A stretch of 64,000 nt of DNA from Acidobacteriota bacterium. GTDB lineage: Bacteria > Acidobacteriota > CAIWXX01. The notes below the pieces were generated by a model. It was not told the origin of the DNA. It was given only the letters and a program-made list of their open reading frames with translations, and did not search any database. Position 1 is the stretch's first letter. Every line of letters starts with the position of its first letter. Below are positions 38,796-48,952 of the stretch, in pieces. The stretch is from positions 160,001-224,000 of the forward strand of contig JBFMAF010000023.1 of NCBI GenBank assembly GCA_040755995.1, written 5' to 3'. The position numbers and the translations under genes are program-made.

Positions 38796-40493
38796 TCAGA
38801 GTTTCCTTGCGATCACGGCGTAGTCCTGCGGGCCGAACAGTATGCGGTTCAACTTCACCGTGTTCGGGTCGTCGCCGGCGAGCCGCAGCTCCTCCGGCAC
38901 CGGCATGCGGAAGACGACCTTCACGTCTTCGAAGCCTGCGTCCTCGTGCAGGAACCGCAACGTGTCGGGATGAAGCAGCAGGACGTGGGTCATGTCGCGG
39001 ACATAGGCTTCGAAGAGCGAGTAGAGCGATGTAGGATTGAGGGTCTCGACAACCATGCGCCCGCCGCGGCGCAGTTTCTTAAAAGCGTTTCTGACGAATG
39101 CCGTCAGGTACTTGGGCGTGAGATGTTCGACCACCTGGGCGCAGAAAATGCCGCCGAGGGACTCGTCAGCGACAGTATCGAGGTGTCGCAGGATGTCGGA
39201 GCGATGCGCGCTGAGCGCCTTCTCCCGGCATATCGTGACCATCGCCTCGTCGCTGTCGACACCGTAGCACTCGATTCCCTGGTCCACTAGCAGCTCGATG
39301 AACTCGCCCCTCCCGCATCCGGCGTCCAGGACCGGCCCGCCGCCGGCGAAATGCTCCACGTAGTCTCTGAATCTGTCCTTGATCAGCTCCTCGCTTCCGC
39401 GGAACCGCGCCTCGAAGTTGGCGTACGTGCATTCCCCGACCTCTTCGGCCGCCGGGGCCGGCTGCACCGCAGGCTCCGGCTGTGCTGCGGACGGGGGTGC
39501 CGCGGACTGCGACAGCGCGTCCAGGCGCCGTTTCAGCGCCCTGAGGTTGGCGGCGGCTTCGGACATTCGCGTCAGCAGATCCAGCCGGATCTGCGACGCC
39601 CTGGTGTCGAGCGAGGTCACTTTCGAGTCAAGTCTCGCCGCCTCCTCACGCACCAGATGCTCCATGTCGCGATGCAACTGATCGCGCGTCGCGGCAGCCT
39701 CGGCCATCTCTATCATCATCCGCTCCAGCTTCCGGTCGAACCAGCCCATCAGGTGGTCGACGCGCCCCGAGAGCAGGTCCACGCGATGTTGGACGAACGA
39801 TCGTACGCTCCAGTCGCCGTGGATATCTTTCAGAACGACGAGCAGGTGGTTATTGATGAGAGCGTTGAGCTCACGGTCTTTGGTGTCGATCAGCGAGATC
39901 AGCGATTGATAGAAGTGGATGCGCGCGTTTTCGTTGTGCTGCAGGTGAGTGGCGAGGTTGTGGTAGGCCTGGTTGAAGGTGTTCAGGAACTCCACCACTA
40001 CGCCGCGGAACTCGTTCTCGCGTTCCACGAGCTCCGCCTGCCGTCGCTCGACCGCCGTCGCCACCTCGACGATCTTCCGCGCAAGCTCGAGGGTCTTCTC
40101 TGTCGCCTCACGCTGCCGCGCGTGCGCCCAGTCCATGCGCCCGCTCAGCGCCCCGAAGCGTTCCTCGATCTGCAGCAGTCGCATGAGAAACACCCAGAGC
40201 TTTTCCTTGACGCGCCCCTTGAAGCCTGCCGGGAACGTCTGTCGCCGAAAGTCGCCGGGGACCGGGCTTTCGGGCGGCGGCGACACGGCCTCTCCCATGT
40301 CGGGGGACAACGAGGTGCCGGCGGGGACCGGGGCGGCGAGCTCGTTCAGGCGACGGAGAGATTCGGCGAGTCTCGGGTCGGAGTCTAGCGGAATCGGCAG
40401 CCGGTGGAGCCCGTCCAACCGCGTGAGACGCTCGTTGTACTGTCTCTCGGCATCCTCGCGTTCCGTCGTAAGTGTGTCAAGGCTTTTTTCCAT
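38796..40493 (-). CDS. Coiled-coil protein with C-terminal class I SAM methyltransferase
   Basis: Long heptad-rich N-terminus; YANFEARFRGS, VLDAGCGRGEF, QVVEHL, ETLNP and GPQDYAVIA. Confidence 0.88.
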   Translation of the reverse strand: MEKSLDTLTTEREDAERQYNERLTRLDGLHRLPIPLDSDPRLAESLRRLNELAAPVPAGTSLSPDMGEAVSPPPESPVPGDFRRQTFPAGFKGRVKEKLWVFLMRLLQIEERFGALSGRMDWAHARQREATEKTLELARKIVEVATAVERRQAELVERENEFRGVVVEFLNTFNQAYHNLATHLQHNENARIHFYQSLISLIDTKDRELNALINNHLLVVLKDIHGDWSVRSFVQHRVDLLSGRVDHLMGWFDRKLERMMIEMAEAAATRDQLHRDMEHLVREEAARLDSKVTSLDTRASQIRLDLLTRMSEAAANLRALKRRLDALSQSAAPPSAAQPEPAVQPAPAAEEVGECTYANFEARFRGSEELIKDRFRDYVEHFAGGGPVLDAGCGRGEFIELLVDQGIECYGVDSDEAMVTICREKALSAHRSDILRHLDTVADESLGGIFCAQVVEHLTPKYLTAFVRNAFKKLRRGGRMVVETLNPTSLYSLFEAYVRDMTHVLLLHPDTLRFLHEDAGFEDVKVVFRMPVPEELRLAGDDPNTVKLNRILFGPQDYAVIARKL

Positions 40494-40622
40494 CTGCGCT
40501 TCCTGGGCTACATACAAAGGATCTCAAGGGCCGCAGAGGTCGGCTCGTGATTCAGCGGCATGACCTTTGCAGTCGTGGACGTGGAGTCGATCCTTGCGCA
40601 GCCGAGGCCGAGGCAACGAGCA

Positions 40623-40802
40623 CTATTTGCCTTCCGCAAGCTTCGACTTCGGCTCCTCCGCTTCCCCCGTCAGGCCCTTCTTGAAGCCCCGGATTCCTTC
40701 GCCCAGCCCCTTCATCAAGGCCGGTATTCGCTTGGCGCCGAAGAGGACTACCACGAGGACAGCAATTAGAAGGATCTCCCAAGACCCTAGACTACCGAAC
40801 AT
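40623..40802 (-). CDS. tatA: Second TatA/E paralog
   Basis: [33 protein letters not shown]. Confidence 0.9.
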   Translation of the reverse strand: MFGSLGSWEILLIAVLVVVLFGAKRIPALMKGLGEGIRGFKKGLTGEAEEPKSKLAEGK

Positions 40803-41070
40803 CAGTACCTCCCGCAATGGCGGACTAGCCCGACATTCTTTCATCTTGGCCACTACGCGTCAAATAGGACTCGACCTCCGTCTCGGCGGCGGCGCGTTTG
40901 CATTCCTCTCGGAACGCGGGACGGCTGGGCTTGTCGAAAGGAGCGGATCGAGGGCATCCCAAGCGAAAAGAAGGCGCGACGATGGTGCACCATCAGAAAC
41001 GTGCTCCACTGGGTGGACTGATCCCGCACAGATCCACTGCCGAACGCGTGGGCCGCAAACGAGTTGACGT

Positions 41071-42297
41071 TTACCCGGCGATCCAGCCGAGGCGGTCGAG
41101 CGTATCCTTGAGACACCGCGCTGTGTACGCGTGCCCGTTCGAGTTGTAATGGAATTCCCCGTTGCGCGGGAAGTACTCGCCGGGCACGGCTGTCATCCTC
41201 TCGAGCATGTTGAGATGGGGGATTGCCTGGACGTCGAGCTTCGGCGACAGCTCCGCGAAGTAGTCCCTCCGAACCTGATACTTCTCGGGTGCCACTACGA
41301 GCGACTTCAGCTCCGGCTGCACCTGGAAGTTGATCGGTATCATGACCACGATGAATCTCGCACCCCCATCGGCCGCCACATCTCGCATTCCTCTAACCAG
41401 CTTCATGAACAGCACTTCCTTGCGCCTGGTCTCCGGGTCGCTGACCTTCTGCATGATCAACGGGAATGGGTCGTCGAGCCCTTTCATCCGGATCTGCCGG
41501 TGCTTCGACGGCAGGTGCCTGGCCTGGCCGAACAGCGTCTTGTTCAGCAGAACCAGAAAGTGGCTTTCTCTCAGAACGGGGATTCTGTAGATGAACTCCC
41601 ATCCGGCGGTGCTCTTGCCCTGCGTGCGCGACCGAGGCCTGCCCCATTCGTCCGCGTACCGGTCGGGATCGACGATACGCACGGGCAGCCCGCGCTGGTC
41701 CTTTTCAACCCAGGTCTCTTCCTTGATGTCGGTGACGTCGTTTCCCACGAAGAACCCGTAGGTGACCACGTCGGGCTTGAATTTCATGCCCGCGTTCACC
41801 AGCCACGCGTACTGCTCATCCGGCGAATAGCCGTCAGCGAAGCCGGCATTGACGACTTCGACATTCTTGCCTTCACGTCGGTAGAGGCTTTCCAGCACGG
41901 CCGGGTACGACGCGTCATCGGCAACGAATAGCCCGAATGTGTATGAGTCCCCCAAGGCAAGGATGCGCTTCGTACCGGGCGGCTTCGCAAAGGCCGCCTC
42001 CCGGCCTCGCAACCCCATCGAGTTCGTCGTCACTGTGACCCAGCTTCCCGGGTCCTCCATCGACGGCTCCTTCACGACACTGTTCGGCCTCAGCGTGAGC
42101 GGGATGAAATCGCCGGAGCGCCACTGGTGGCCGACCAGGGTGACGAGGCTGGAGTAGGTCTGTTGAGGCACGATCAGCCGGACGGCGACCTCGCAGATCG
42201 CGAACCCAACGGCCGCGGAAACCAGGATCGCAACGAGCGCGAAGGCGGCCTTCCTGCCTCTGCCCGGCGCGGGCGCGGCAGCGGGAGCGCCGTTCAT
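41071..42297 (-). CDS. Membrane-anchored SGNH/GDSL hydrolase family protein
   Basis: TM, NSMGLRG, LALGDSYTFG, VVNAG, GND and HYNSNGH. Confidence 0.85.
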   Translation of the reverse strand: MNGAPAAAPAPGRGRKAAFALVAILVSAAVGFAICEVAVRLIVPQQTYSSLVTLVGHQWRSGDFIPLTLRPNSVVKEPSMEDPGSWVTVTTNSMGLRGREAAFAKPPGTKRILALGDSYTFGLFVADDASYPAVLESLYRREGKNVEVVNAGFADGYSPDEQYAWLVNAGMKFKPDVVTYGFFVGNDVTDIKEETWVEKDQRGLPVRIVDPDRYADEWGRPRSRTQGKSTAGWEFIYRIPVLRESHFLVLLNKTLFGQARHLPSKHRQIRMKGLDDPFPLIMQKVSDPETRRKEVLFMKLVRGMRDVAADGGARFIVVMIPINFQVQPELKSLVVAPEKYQVRRDYFAELSPKLDVQAIPHLNMLERMTAVPGEYFPRNGEFHYNSNGHAYTARCLKDTLDRLGWIAG

Positions 42298-42324
42298 CGG
42301 ATTGACTCGACCCCCTCCCGGCCT

Positions 42325-43692
42325 TCAGCCTTCGTACCTGGCCAGAGCCCGCCGGCGCTCTTCGTGACCCGGTCGGCCCATCAGTGCAAAGGTGTTGAGC
42401 TTGCCCTCTTCAACTCCCGGCTGGTCGTACGCGTTGACTCCGAGCATCTCTCCGGTGAAGGCCGTCTGAAGCTCGAAGAACATGATCAGCGCGCCCATGC
42501 TGAACTCGTCGACCCTGGGAATCGAGAGCGTCATGCTCGGCCGGCCGTCGGATGCCAGCGCGATCTCGGTGGCCCGCCGCTCGGCTCGCATGAGCTCACC
42601 GAGCGGGTGACCGCCCAGGTAGGCGGAGGACGGATACTTCTGGAGGTCCTTCGGGATCCGCGCCTCGCGCGACGACTTCCTCACGTCCAGGAAGAAGACG
42701 AACTTGTCGTCGGGGCCTTCGCGAAGGAGCTGCACCTGCGAGTGCTGGTCTATGGTGCCAATACTTCCTAAAAGCGTCTGCCCTGCGCCGACGATCCGTC
42801 CGTCGCGCGCCGTCCGTTTGCCGAGGCTCTCAGCCCAGAGCTGCCTGTACCAGTCGGCGAAGGATTGCAGGTTCGACGCGTACGGCATGAACACCTGCGT
42901 CCTTCGCCCGCGCTCCAGATAGCGGTACAGGACAAGCGAAGAAAGCAGCGGCGAATTCTCCGGCACCTTCGGCCCCATCCCCAGCTCGACCATGGCGCGC
43001 GCGCCGGCCAGCAGCTTCGTGACGGATGCGCCGAAGAAGTGCGCCGGAAGCAAGCCCACCGGCGTGAGCACCGAGAACCTCCCGCCCACATCCGGTGGAA
43101 TGGCGAAGGTGGCATATCCCTCTTCGCGCGCGAGCTCGAGCAGCTCGCCCTTGTGCGGATCGGTGGTGGCCACGATGTGCTGGTTGAATCTCCTCCCCAG
43201 GCCCTTCATCAGCCAGCGGCGCACGATCATGAAGTTGGCGGCCGTCTCGGCCGTCGATCCGCTCTTGCTGACGACGTTTACCAGGGTCTCGCGGGGATTG
43301 AGCAGGCGCAGCGTGCTGTCGACCAGGTCTGCGTCGACGTTGTCCAGGACGAAGAACCGGCAGCCTGCGCGCTGCCTCCCGAGCCAGTTGTGATACCAGG
43401 GGCGCAGCGCAGCGCAGAGCGCCTGGGCGCCGAGCGACGATCCGCCGATGCCAACGAGCAAGAAGTTCTGGAACCGCTTCCCCCGCGCGAATCGAAGGAT
43501 CTCCTTTGGGATGTCGAGGTCGAAGGGCAGCCTCGTGAATCCCACCTCGCCCGTTTCCGCACGCCTCTTCAGTGCGGTCAGGGCATTTGCAGCCAGCTCG
43601 CAGGTCTCTACCTCGGCGGCGGCAAGCCCGGTGGTGGGCAAGTACCGGTCGGTCGCAAACCGAACGTCCAGGGCCGGCAGTTGTCTGTTCAT
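42325..43692 (-). CDS. pgi: Glucose-6-phosphate isomerase
   Basis: GIGGSSLG, SKSGSTAET, VGGRFSV, QLWAESLGK, DQHSQ.Q and DQPGVEEGK. Confidence 0.95.
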   Translation of the reverse strand: MNRQLPALDVRFATDRYLPTTGLAAAEVETCELAANALTALKRRAETGEVGFTRLPFDLDIPKEILRFARGKRFQNFLLVGIGGSSLGAQALCAALRPWYHNWLGRQRAGCRFFVLDNVDADLVDSTLRLLNPRETLVNVVSKSGSTAETAANFMIVRRWLMKGLGRRFNQHIVATTDPHKGELLELAREEGYATFAIPPDVGGRFSVLTPVGLLPAHFFGASVTKLLAGARAMVELGMGPKVPENSPLLSSLVLYRYLERGRRTQVFMPYASNLQSFADWYRQLWAESLGKRTARDGRIVGAGQTLLGSIGTIDQHSQVQLLREGPDDKFVFFLDVRKSSREARIPKDLQKYPSSAYLGGHPLGELMRAERRATEIALASDGRPSMTLSIPRVDEFSMGALIMFFELQTAFTGEMLGVNAYDQPGVEEGKLNTFALMGRPGHEERRRALARYEG

Positions 43693-43756
43693 CGCTCTTG
43701 TTCCTCCGTTCGCAAGCTGTCGGGACGAGACGCCGATATCGAGTCCCCGCACCCGC

Positions 43757-43885
43757 TCAGGGCTTCTTCGCGGGTACCCGGCGCTCTGTCACAGCCTTTC
43801 GATCAACCTGCGTCATCTTCGGGCGATTCTTTATCGTGCGACTCACTATCTTTCCGAGCTTCTGATTCCTGAAGGGCTGCTTCAT
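43757..43885 (-). CDS. Candidate 42-aa basic small protein
   Basis: MKQPFRNQKLGKIVSRTIKNRPKMTQVDRKAVTERRVPAKKP*; ATG 7 nt after the rnr stop. Below the ORF-track cutoff. Confidence 0.35.
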   Translation of the reverse strand: MKQPFRNQKLGKIVSRTIKNRPKMTQVDRKAVTERRVPAKKP

Positions 43886-43892
43886 GGCGTGT

Positions 43893-45938
43893 TCAACGCT
43901 CCTGCGTGAGCTGGAAGATCGTCTCCTGCCTTCTCATGTCCACGGCCACTACCTGCACCTTGACGCGATCTCCTATCTTGATCCTCTTCCGGCCCGATTT
44001 TAGCACAAAGCTCCCTGGGTCGAGCTCCCAGCGCCCGGGCATGGAATCCACCCTGACCTTGCCTTCGACATAGAGCCCCTGGAGATCGACGATCAGATGA
44101 TGCGCAGAGAAGCCGATGACGGTCGCGTCATAGGTCTCCCCGAGCCGCTTGCGCATGAAGCGCGCCACCTTCCACGCGACGATCTCTCGCTCTATCTCCT
44201 CCGCATCTCGCTCCAGCCGGCTCACAGCGGTGCCCAGAGCCTCGAGATCGGTCCCTTTCGACGGCTCCGCGGCCGACACGGCCGCGCGGAGAGCGCGATG
44301 CGCCACCAGATCCGGATACCGGCGGATCGGTGAGGTGAAGTGCAGGTAGGAGGTCTTGGCGAGGCCGAAATGCCCCAGGTTGAGCGGGGTGTAGCGAGCG
44401 AGCATCAGGGCGCGGAGGATCCTGTAGGTCAAGAACTTCTCCTCGGGTCGATCCTGTGCGTTCTCGATTGCGCGCTGGAAATCACGAGGCTCGGGGTCGG
44501 GGAGTTGGATCGCCGGCACGCGGAAGATCTCCAGTATGTCGTTCAGCTCCTCCACCTTCTCCGCCTCCGGCGGTTCGTGCGCACGATAGAGCACCTGGGT
44601 GTTCGAGGCATACAGGTGGTCTGCGACGGCCTCGTTGGCCGCAAGCATGAATTCCTCGACGAGCCTGTGCGTCGAAAGCCGCGGGTACGGCGAGATGTGA
44701 ACCAGCTCGCCGGCCATGTCGAAATGCAGAAGCGGTTCCGGGAGATCGAAATCCAGGCTGCCCCGTTGGCGCCGGAGGTCGCACATTCTTTCCGAGAGCT
44801 CCTTCATCCCCAGCAGCGCGTCGAGTATTGCAGGGGACCCCGATCGTTCCTCGATCATCCTGTTGGCTTCCGTGTAGGTGAGCCTGGCGGCGCTTCGGAT
44901 CACGCTCGGGTAGAACTCGGCGCCGATCACCTCTCCACGCCGGTCCACCTCCATCATCACACTGAACGCAAGTCGATCCACACCGGCACGCAGGCTGCAA
45001 AGATCGTCGCTCAGACGCGGTGGGAGCATCGGTACAACGCCGCGTGGGAAATAGACCGAGCAGCCGCGCGAGGCCGCGTCGCGATCCAGCGGCGAGCCCT
45101 CGGCCACGAAGTACGAGACATCCGCGATATGCACGCCCAGAATCCAGGTGTCCGCCGATCGTCCCGGTTGCAGGCTTACCGCGTCATCGAAGTCTTTCGC
45201 ATCGTCAGGGTCGATTGTGAAGCAGAGCAGCTCCCGGAAGTCCTTGCGACGCCGGATCTCTGAAGTGGGGATCTTCTCGGTGTAGCTCGCCGCCTGCGCA
45301 CGCGCCTCATCGGAAAAGTCCACGGGGCGGCGGTGCGTCTCGAGCACGATCCGCTCTTCGATGCCCTCGTCGTCAACGTGCCCGAGCACTTCCACCACAC
45401 GCGCCGTACGCTCGCCGCGAGCGTAGTCCAGCGCGACCCGAACTACCCGACCATCCAGCTCACCGGCCGGGCCCTGCGTGAGCTCAACCTCCTCCATCGT
45501 CCTGCGGAACGGCAGAAGCCAACAGGCCGGCCCACGCCTGCTCACGATGCCCAGCGTCGTGGCGAGCCGCTCGGTGACCCGCATCACCTTGCCAGCGGTT
45601 CGCTCTGGGTGAGTGAGATCCACCTCCACCGTGTCGCCGTCGCGGGCCCCTGCGCGGAGCCACTTCGGGATGAAGATGTCGCTCCCGCCGGCCCTCGGTC
45701 TCACGAATCCGAAGCCGCGGCCGGTCTCCATGAATTCACCCGAGATGGGCGGCCGGCGCAGCTCCAACCGGCCCCGGCCGCCTCGCACTACCACCTCCTC
45801 CCGCTTCAACTCGCGGAGCAATCGCTTGAAGGCGGTCATCTCCCGCTTGGTGACGCCGAGGAGAGTCGCGAGCGACCTTGCGGACACCCCACCAGACCTC
45901 TTCATCGCATCGAGCAGTCGCTTCCTGTCCGGCAGCAT
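43893..45938 (-). CDS. rnr: Ribonuclease R
   Basis: HTH and CSD (GFGFV), TIDPDDAKDFDDA, HIADVS, HFTSPIRRYPDL and a C-terminal S1 domain. Confidence 0.95.
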   Translation of the reverse strand: MLPDRKRLLDAMKRSGGVSARSLATLLGVTKREMTAFKRLLRELKREEVVVRGGRGRLELRRPPISGEFMETGRGFGFVRPRAGGSDIFIPKWLRAGARDGDTVEVDLTHPERTAGKVMRVTERLATTLGIVSRRGPACWLLPFRRTMEEVELTQGPAGELDGRVVRVALDYARGERTARVVEVLGHVDDEGIEERIVLETHRRPVDFSDEARAQAASYTEKIPTSEIRRRKDFRELLCFTIDPDDAKDFDDAVSLQPGRSADTWILGVHIADVSYFVAEGSPLDRDAASRGCSVYFPRGVVPMLPPRLSDDLCSLRAGVDRLAFSVMMEVDRRGEVIGAEFYPSVIRSAARLTYTEANRMIEERSGSPAILDALLGMKELSERMCDLRRQRGSLDFDLPEPLLHFDMAGELVHISPYPRLSTHRLVEEFMLAANEAVADHLYASNTQVLYRAHEPPEAEKVEELNDILEIFRVPAIQLPDPEPRDFQRAIENAQDRPEEKFLTYRILRALMLARYTPLNLGHFGLAKTSYLHFTSPIRRYPDLVAHRALRAAVSAAEPSKGTDLEALGTAVSRLERDAEEIEREIVAWKVARFMRKRLGETYDATVIGFSAHHLIVDLQGLYVEGKVRVDSMPGRWELDPGSFVLKSGRKRIKIGDRVKVQVVAVDMRRQETIFQLTQER

Positions 45939-46123
45939 GAGGAGAGCACTCTACCGGATCGACGGCCCTGCGGCAAGCGTGGGCCCGCAGAGATTGCGCA
46001 GATTGGAATGAACACGGAGATGACCCGCGCGCTCAGAGCCGGTCTGAGGTGCGGATGGATACCCCCGGTCGACTCCGGGGCGGTGCGGCCGGCTGGGCGG
46101 AGCTGTGGTATAGTTGGGCCCCG

Positions 46124-46876
46124 ATGGCGCTTGAAACGAGACCGTCGGTGACCGCGTTCTTCCCGGCGTACAACGATGCGGGGACCATCGCTTCGATGGT
46201 CGTGAGCGTGTATTCCACGCTCGAGAGGCTCGTCGACGACTTCGAGGTCCTCGTGATCAACGATGGCAGCCGAGATCACACGCGCGAGGTGCTTGCCACG
46301 CTCGAGAGGGCGTTTCCGCGGCTTCGCGTCATCGATCACGATACGAACCGCGGCTACGGCGGGGCGCTCCGCAGCGGCTTCTTCGGGGCCAAGAAGGACC
46401 TTGTCTTCTACACCGACGGCGATGCGCAGTACGACCCGCGCGAGGTCGAGCTGCTGCTGGCCAAGATGCGCAACGGTGTGGACATGGTGAACGGCTGGAA
46501 GATCTCCCGCTCCGACCCGCTCCACCGCATCATCATCGGAAAGATATACTGCTGGTTGATGAAGCTCATGTTCCGGATAAGGCTGAGGGACATCGACTGC
46601 GACTTCAGGCTCATAAGGAGAGGAGTGTTCGACGACATCCAGCTGGAGTCCTCCAGCGGGACGATATGCGTCGAACTCGTGAAGAAGATCGAGCGGGCGG
46701 GCTGCAGGGTTGAGGAAGTCCCCGTCCATCACTTCTTCCGCGCCTACGGGAAGAGCCAGTTCTTTAACCTCAGGCGCCTGTTCACAACTGCAGTCGATCT
46801 GACGAAGCTCTGGATGCGGCTGATGATCCATGACCGCCGCCGGGACACGGGCGAGCCCGCCCGTACGGCCCGCTGA
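46124..46876 (+). CDS. GT2 polyprenol-phosphate glycosyltransferase-like protein
   Basis: FFPAYND, NDGSRD, NRGYGGAL, YTDGDAQYD and DIDCDFRL. Confidence 0.9.
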   Translation: MALETRPSVTAFFPAYNDAGTIASMVVSVYSTLERLVDDFEVLVINDGSRDHTREVLATLERAFPRLRVIDHDTNRGYGGALRSGFFGAKKDLVFYTDGDAQYDPREVELLLAKMRNGVDMVNGWKISRSDPLHRIIIGKIYCWLMKLMFRIRLRDIDCDFRLIRRGVFDDIQLESSSGTICVELVKKIERAGCRVEEVPVHHFFRAYGKSQFFNLRRLFTTAVDLTKLWMRLMIHDRRRDTGEPARTAR

Positions 46877-46958
46877 ATCCTCCGTCGCCGGCGGATGAAG
46901 CCTCCGCCCTGTGGGGCAGGCGCGGGGACGCGGTGAGGGGAGACGCGGAGAAGGACCG

Positions 46959-48182
46959 CTACCGGCTGCTGGCAACAGCGGCTTCGTAGAGCGCCTCGAT
47001 CCTGGGGATGACAGCATCTGGGCTGAAGTGAGCCTCGACACGTCTTCTCGCCGCCGCACCGAGCTCCAGCGCCCGCGCAGGGTTCATGGCGAGACCCCGG
47101 ATGGCCGATGCGAATTCGGCCACACTGTGCGTGAAGACTCCGCTGACCCCGTCCTCCAGTATCTCCCGCGCGCCGCCGTTTCCCTGATCGAAGACCACGC
47201 TGGTCCGGCCTACTGCACCGGCCTCGATGACTACCCGCCCCAGTGGCTCATCCCAGCGCCCCGGAAAGAGGTTGAACTGCCCGCCCGCGAGGAGATCGAT
47301 CATTTGATCGCGTTCCAGCCAGCCGGTGATGCGCCCCTGGACGCGTCCCGAGGCGATCTCTGTCTCGATCAGCCCGCGCAACGGGCCCTCTCCTATGAAC
47401 ACAACCGGCAGACCGCATGCGGCCGCGCGCAGCGCTTCGAGCAGCTCACCTATGCCTTTCGAACAGGTGAACTTGCCCGCATACGTGATGTAAGCGGGTG
47501 CAGTCGTCTGCCCGGAGAGTGGGGCCGGCCGGTCCAGTGCCGCGAAATTGGGGATCACCGTTATGCGATTTTCGGGAAGGAACGACAGGAGCTCCTGTTT
47601 GAGCCGGTGCGAAATCGAGATGACAGCTGTTGCGCCAGCGATCGACTCGCGGACGCGCTTCAGATAGCGGCGGACGTACGGCATCATGGCAGGCGCCGCA
47701 GGGGCGAGCGCATGGATGTTCGCCGAGAGACACCGGATGATTCGCCAGGGCGTGCATCCCTCGCACCTGGATTCTCCGCTCATCTTCGTGCCCCAGAAGC
47801 AGACCGGCCAGTAGTCGCGAACGGTGATGGCCGACGGGATGCCGCAGTCGCGAGCCGCGTCGATCGAGGCCGGGCCGGTCTTGACGTGCTGGGCATGGAC
47901 GATGCCGAAGCGCTCGCGAGCAATCAGCTCCGCAGCGAATCGGCGGAACCGCCGCGGGAATATCTCGCGATCGGCTGCATGCCGGAGAAGAGGGACGGAG
48001 GTTTGCCATGCGGGGAAGCCGATCTGAGGAATCCCCTCGAATTCGGGCTGATCCGGAGCGCCCGGCCTCAGGACGGACACATGGTGTCCGCGGGCAACCA
48101 GCGCGCGGGTCTGCTCGTAGGCACTCCACCCCGATCCTCCGCAACGTGGAGGGAACGCATCGGTCACGAACAGAATGCGCAT
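46959..48182 (-). CDS. Glycosyltransferase family 4 protein
   Basis: FPPRCGGSG, TVRDYWPVC, KGI and WDEPLGRVVIEA. Confidence 0.88.
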   Translation of the reverse strand: MRILFVTDAFPPRCGGSGWSAYEQTRALVARGHHVSVLRPGAPDQPEFEGIPQIGFPAWQTSVPLLRHAADREIFPRRFRRFAAELIARERFGIVHAQHVKTGPASIDAARDCGIPSAITVRDYWPVCFWGTKMSGESRCEGCTPWRIIRCLSANIHALAPAAPAMMPYVRRYLKRVRESIAGATAVISISHRLKQELLSFLPENRITVIPNFAALDRPAPLSGQTTAPAYITYAGKFTCSKGIGELLEALRAAACGLPVVFIGEGPLRGLIETEIASGRVQGRITGWLERDQMIDLLAGGQFNLFPGRWDEPLGRVVIEAGAVGRTSVVFDQGNGGAREILEDGVSGVFTHSVAEFASAIRGLAMNPARALELGAAARRRVEAHFSPDAVIPRIEALYEAAVASSR

Positions 48183-48213
48183 GGGAGACTCCTACGCGCG
48201 AGACGCTGCGCGC

Positions 48214-48894
48214 TCAGCGTGACAGGCGATAGCGCAAGAGCGTGTAAATCACCATCCAACCGTCGCGCCATCCGATCTTCTTTCCTTCCTCGTGAGTCCG
48301 CGCTCTGTATGTGATCGGCACCTCTTTGATCGGGATGTGGCGTCTGAGCACCTTGGCGGTAACCTCGGGGCAGAACTCGAAGCGGCGGCACCGCAAGTCG
48401 AGATCCTTGAGCAGGTCGGTGCGGAACGCCTTGTAGCAGGTGGCCTCGTCCGTGATGTTGGCACGGAAGAGGACATTGGCAAACCAGGTGAAAAACCGGT
48501 TGGCGATGCGGTTGATGAGGCGCATCTGCTCGATGCGTCCCAGAAAACGCGACCCGTAGACGACGCTTGTCTCCGGGTCCTGGAACGGAACGAGCATGTT
48601 CGAGTACTCGTTGCAGTCGTATTCGAGGTCGGCGTCCTGAATGATCACGATGTCGCCGGTGACATGCTGCAATCCAATTCGAATCGCCGTCCCCTTGCCT
48701 CCGTTCCTCTCGGCATGCACGACTCGCAGCCGCGGCTGGCAGTCCATGGATTCCAGTATCCGTCGCGTTCCGTCCGTCGACCCGTCGTTGACGACGACCA
48801 CCTCGAGGTCGAGAGGGAGACTCAGAGTGCGCTCGACGCACTGGCGCACGGTTGGTTCCTCGTTGTAGACAGGCAGGATAACCGACAGTTTCAT
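48214..48894 (-). CDS. GT2 DPM1-like polyprenol-phosphate glycosyltransferase
   Basis: LSVILPVYNE, NDGSTDGT, QDADLEY, YGSRF, TDEATCYK and EGKKI.WRDG. Confidence 0.92.
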   Translation of the reverse strand: MKLSVILPVYNEEPTVRQCVERTLSLPLDLEVVVVNDGSTDGTRRILESMDCQPRLRVVHAERNGGKGTAIRIGLQHVTGDIVIIQDADLEYDCNEYSNMLVPFQDPETSVVYGSRFLGRIEQMRLINRIANRFFTWFANVLFRANITDEATCYKAFRTDLLKDLDLRCRRFEFCPEVTAKVLRRHIPIKEVPITYRARTHEEGKKIGWRDGWMVIYTLLRYRLSR

Positions 48895-48952
48895 CAAGCG
48901 CCGATTCTACTAGAACCCGTGCAGATCAGACAAAGAGAATCTCGCTGGTGTA

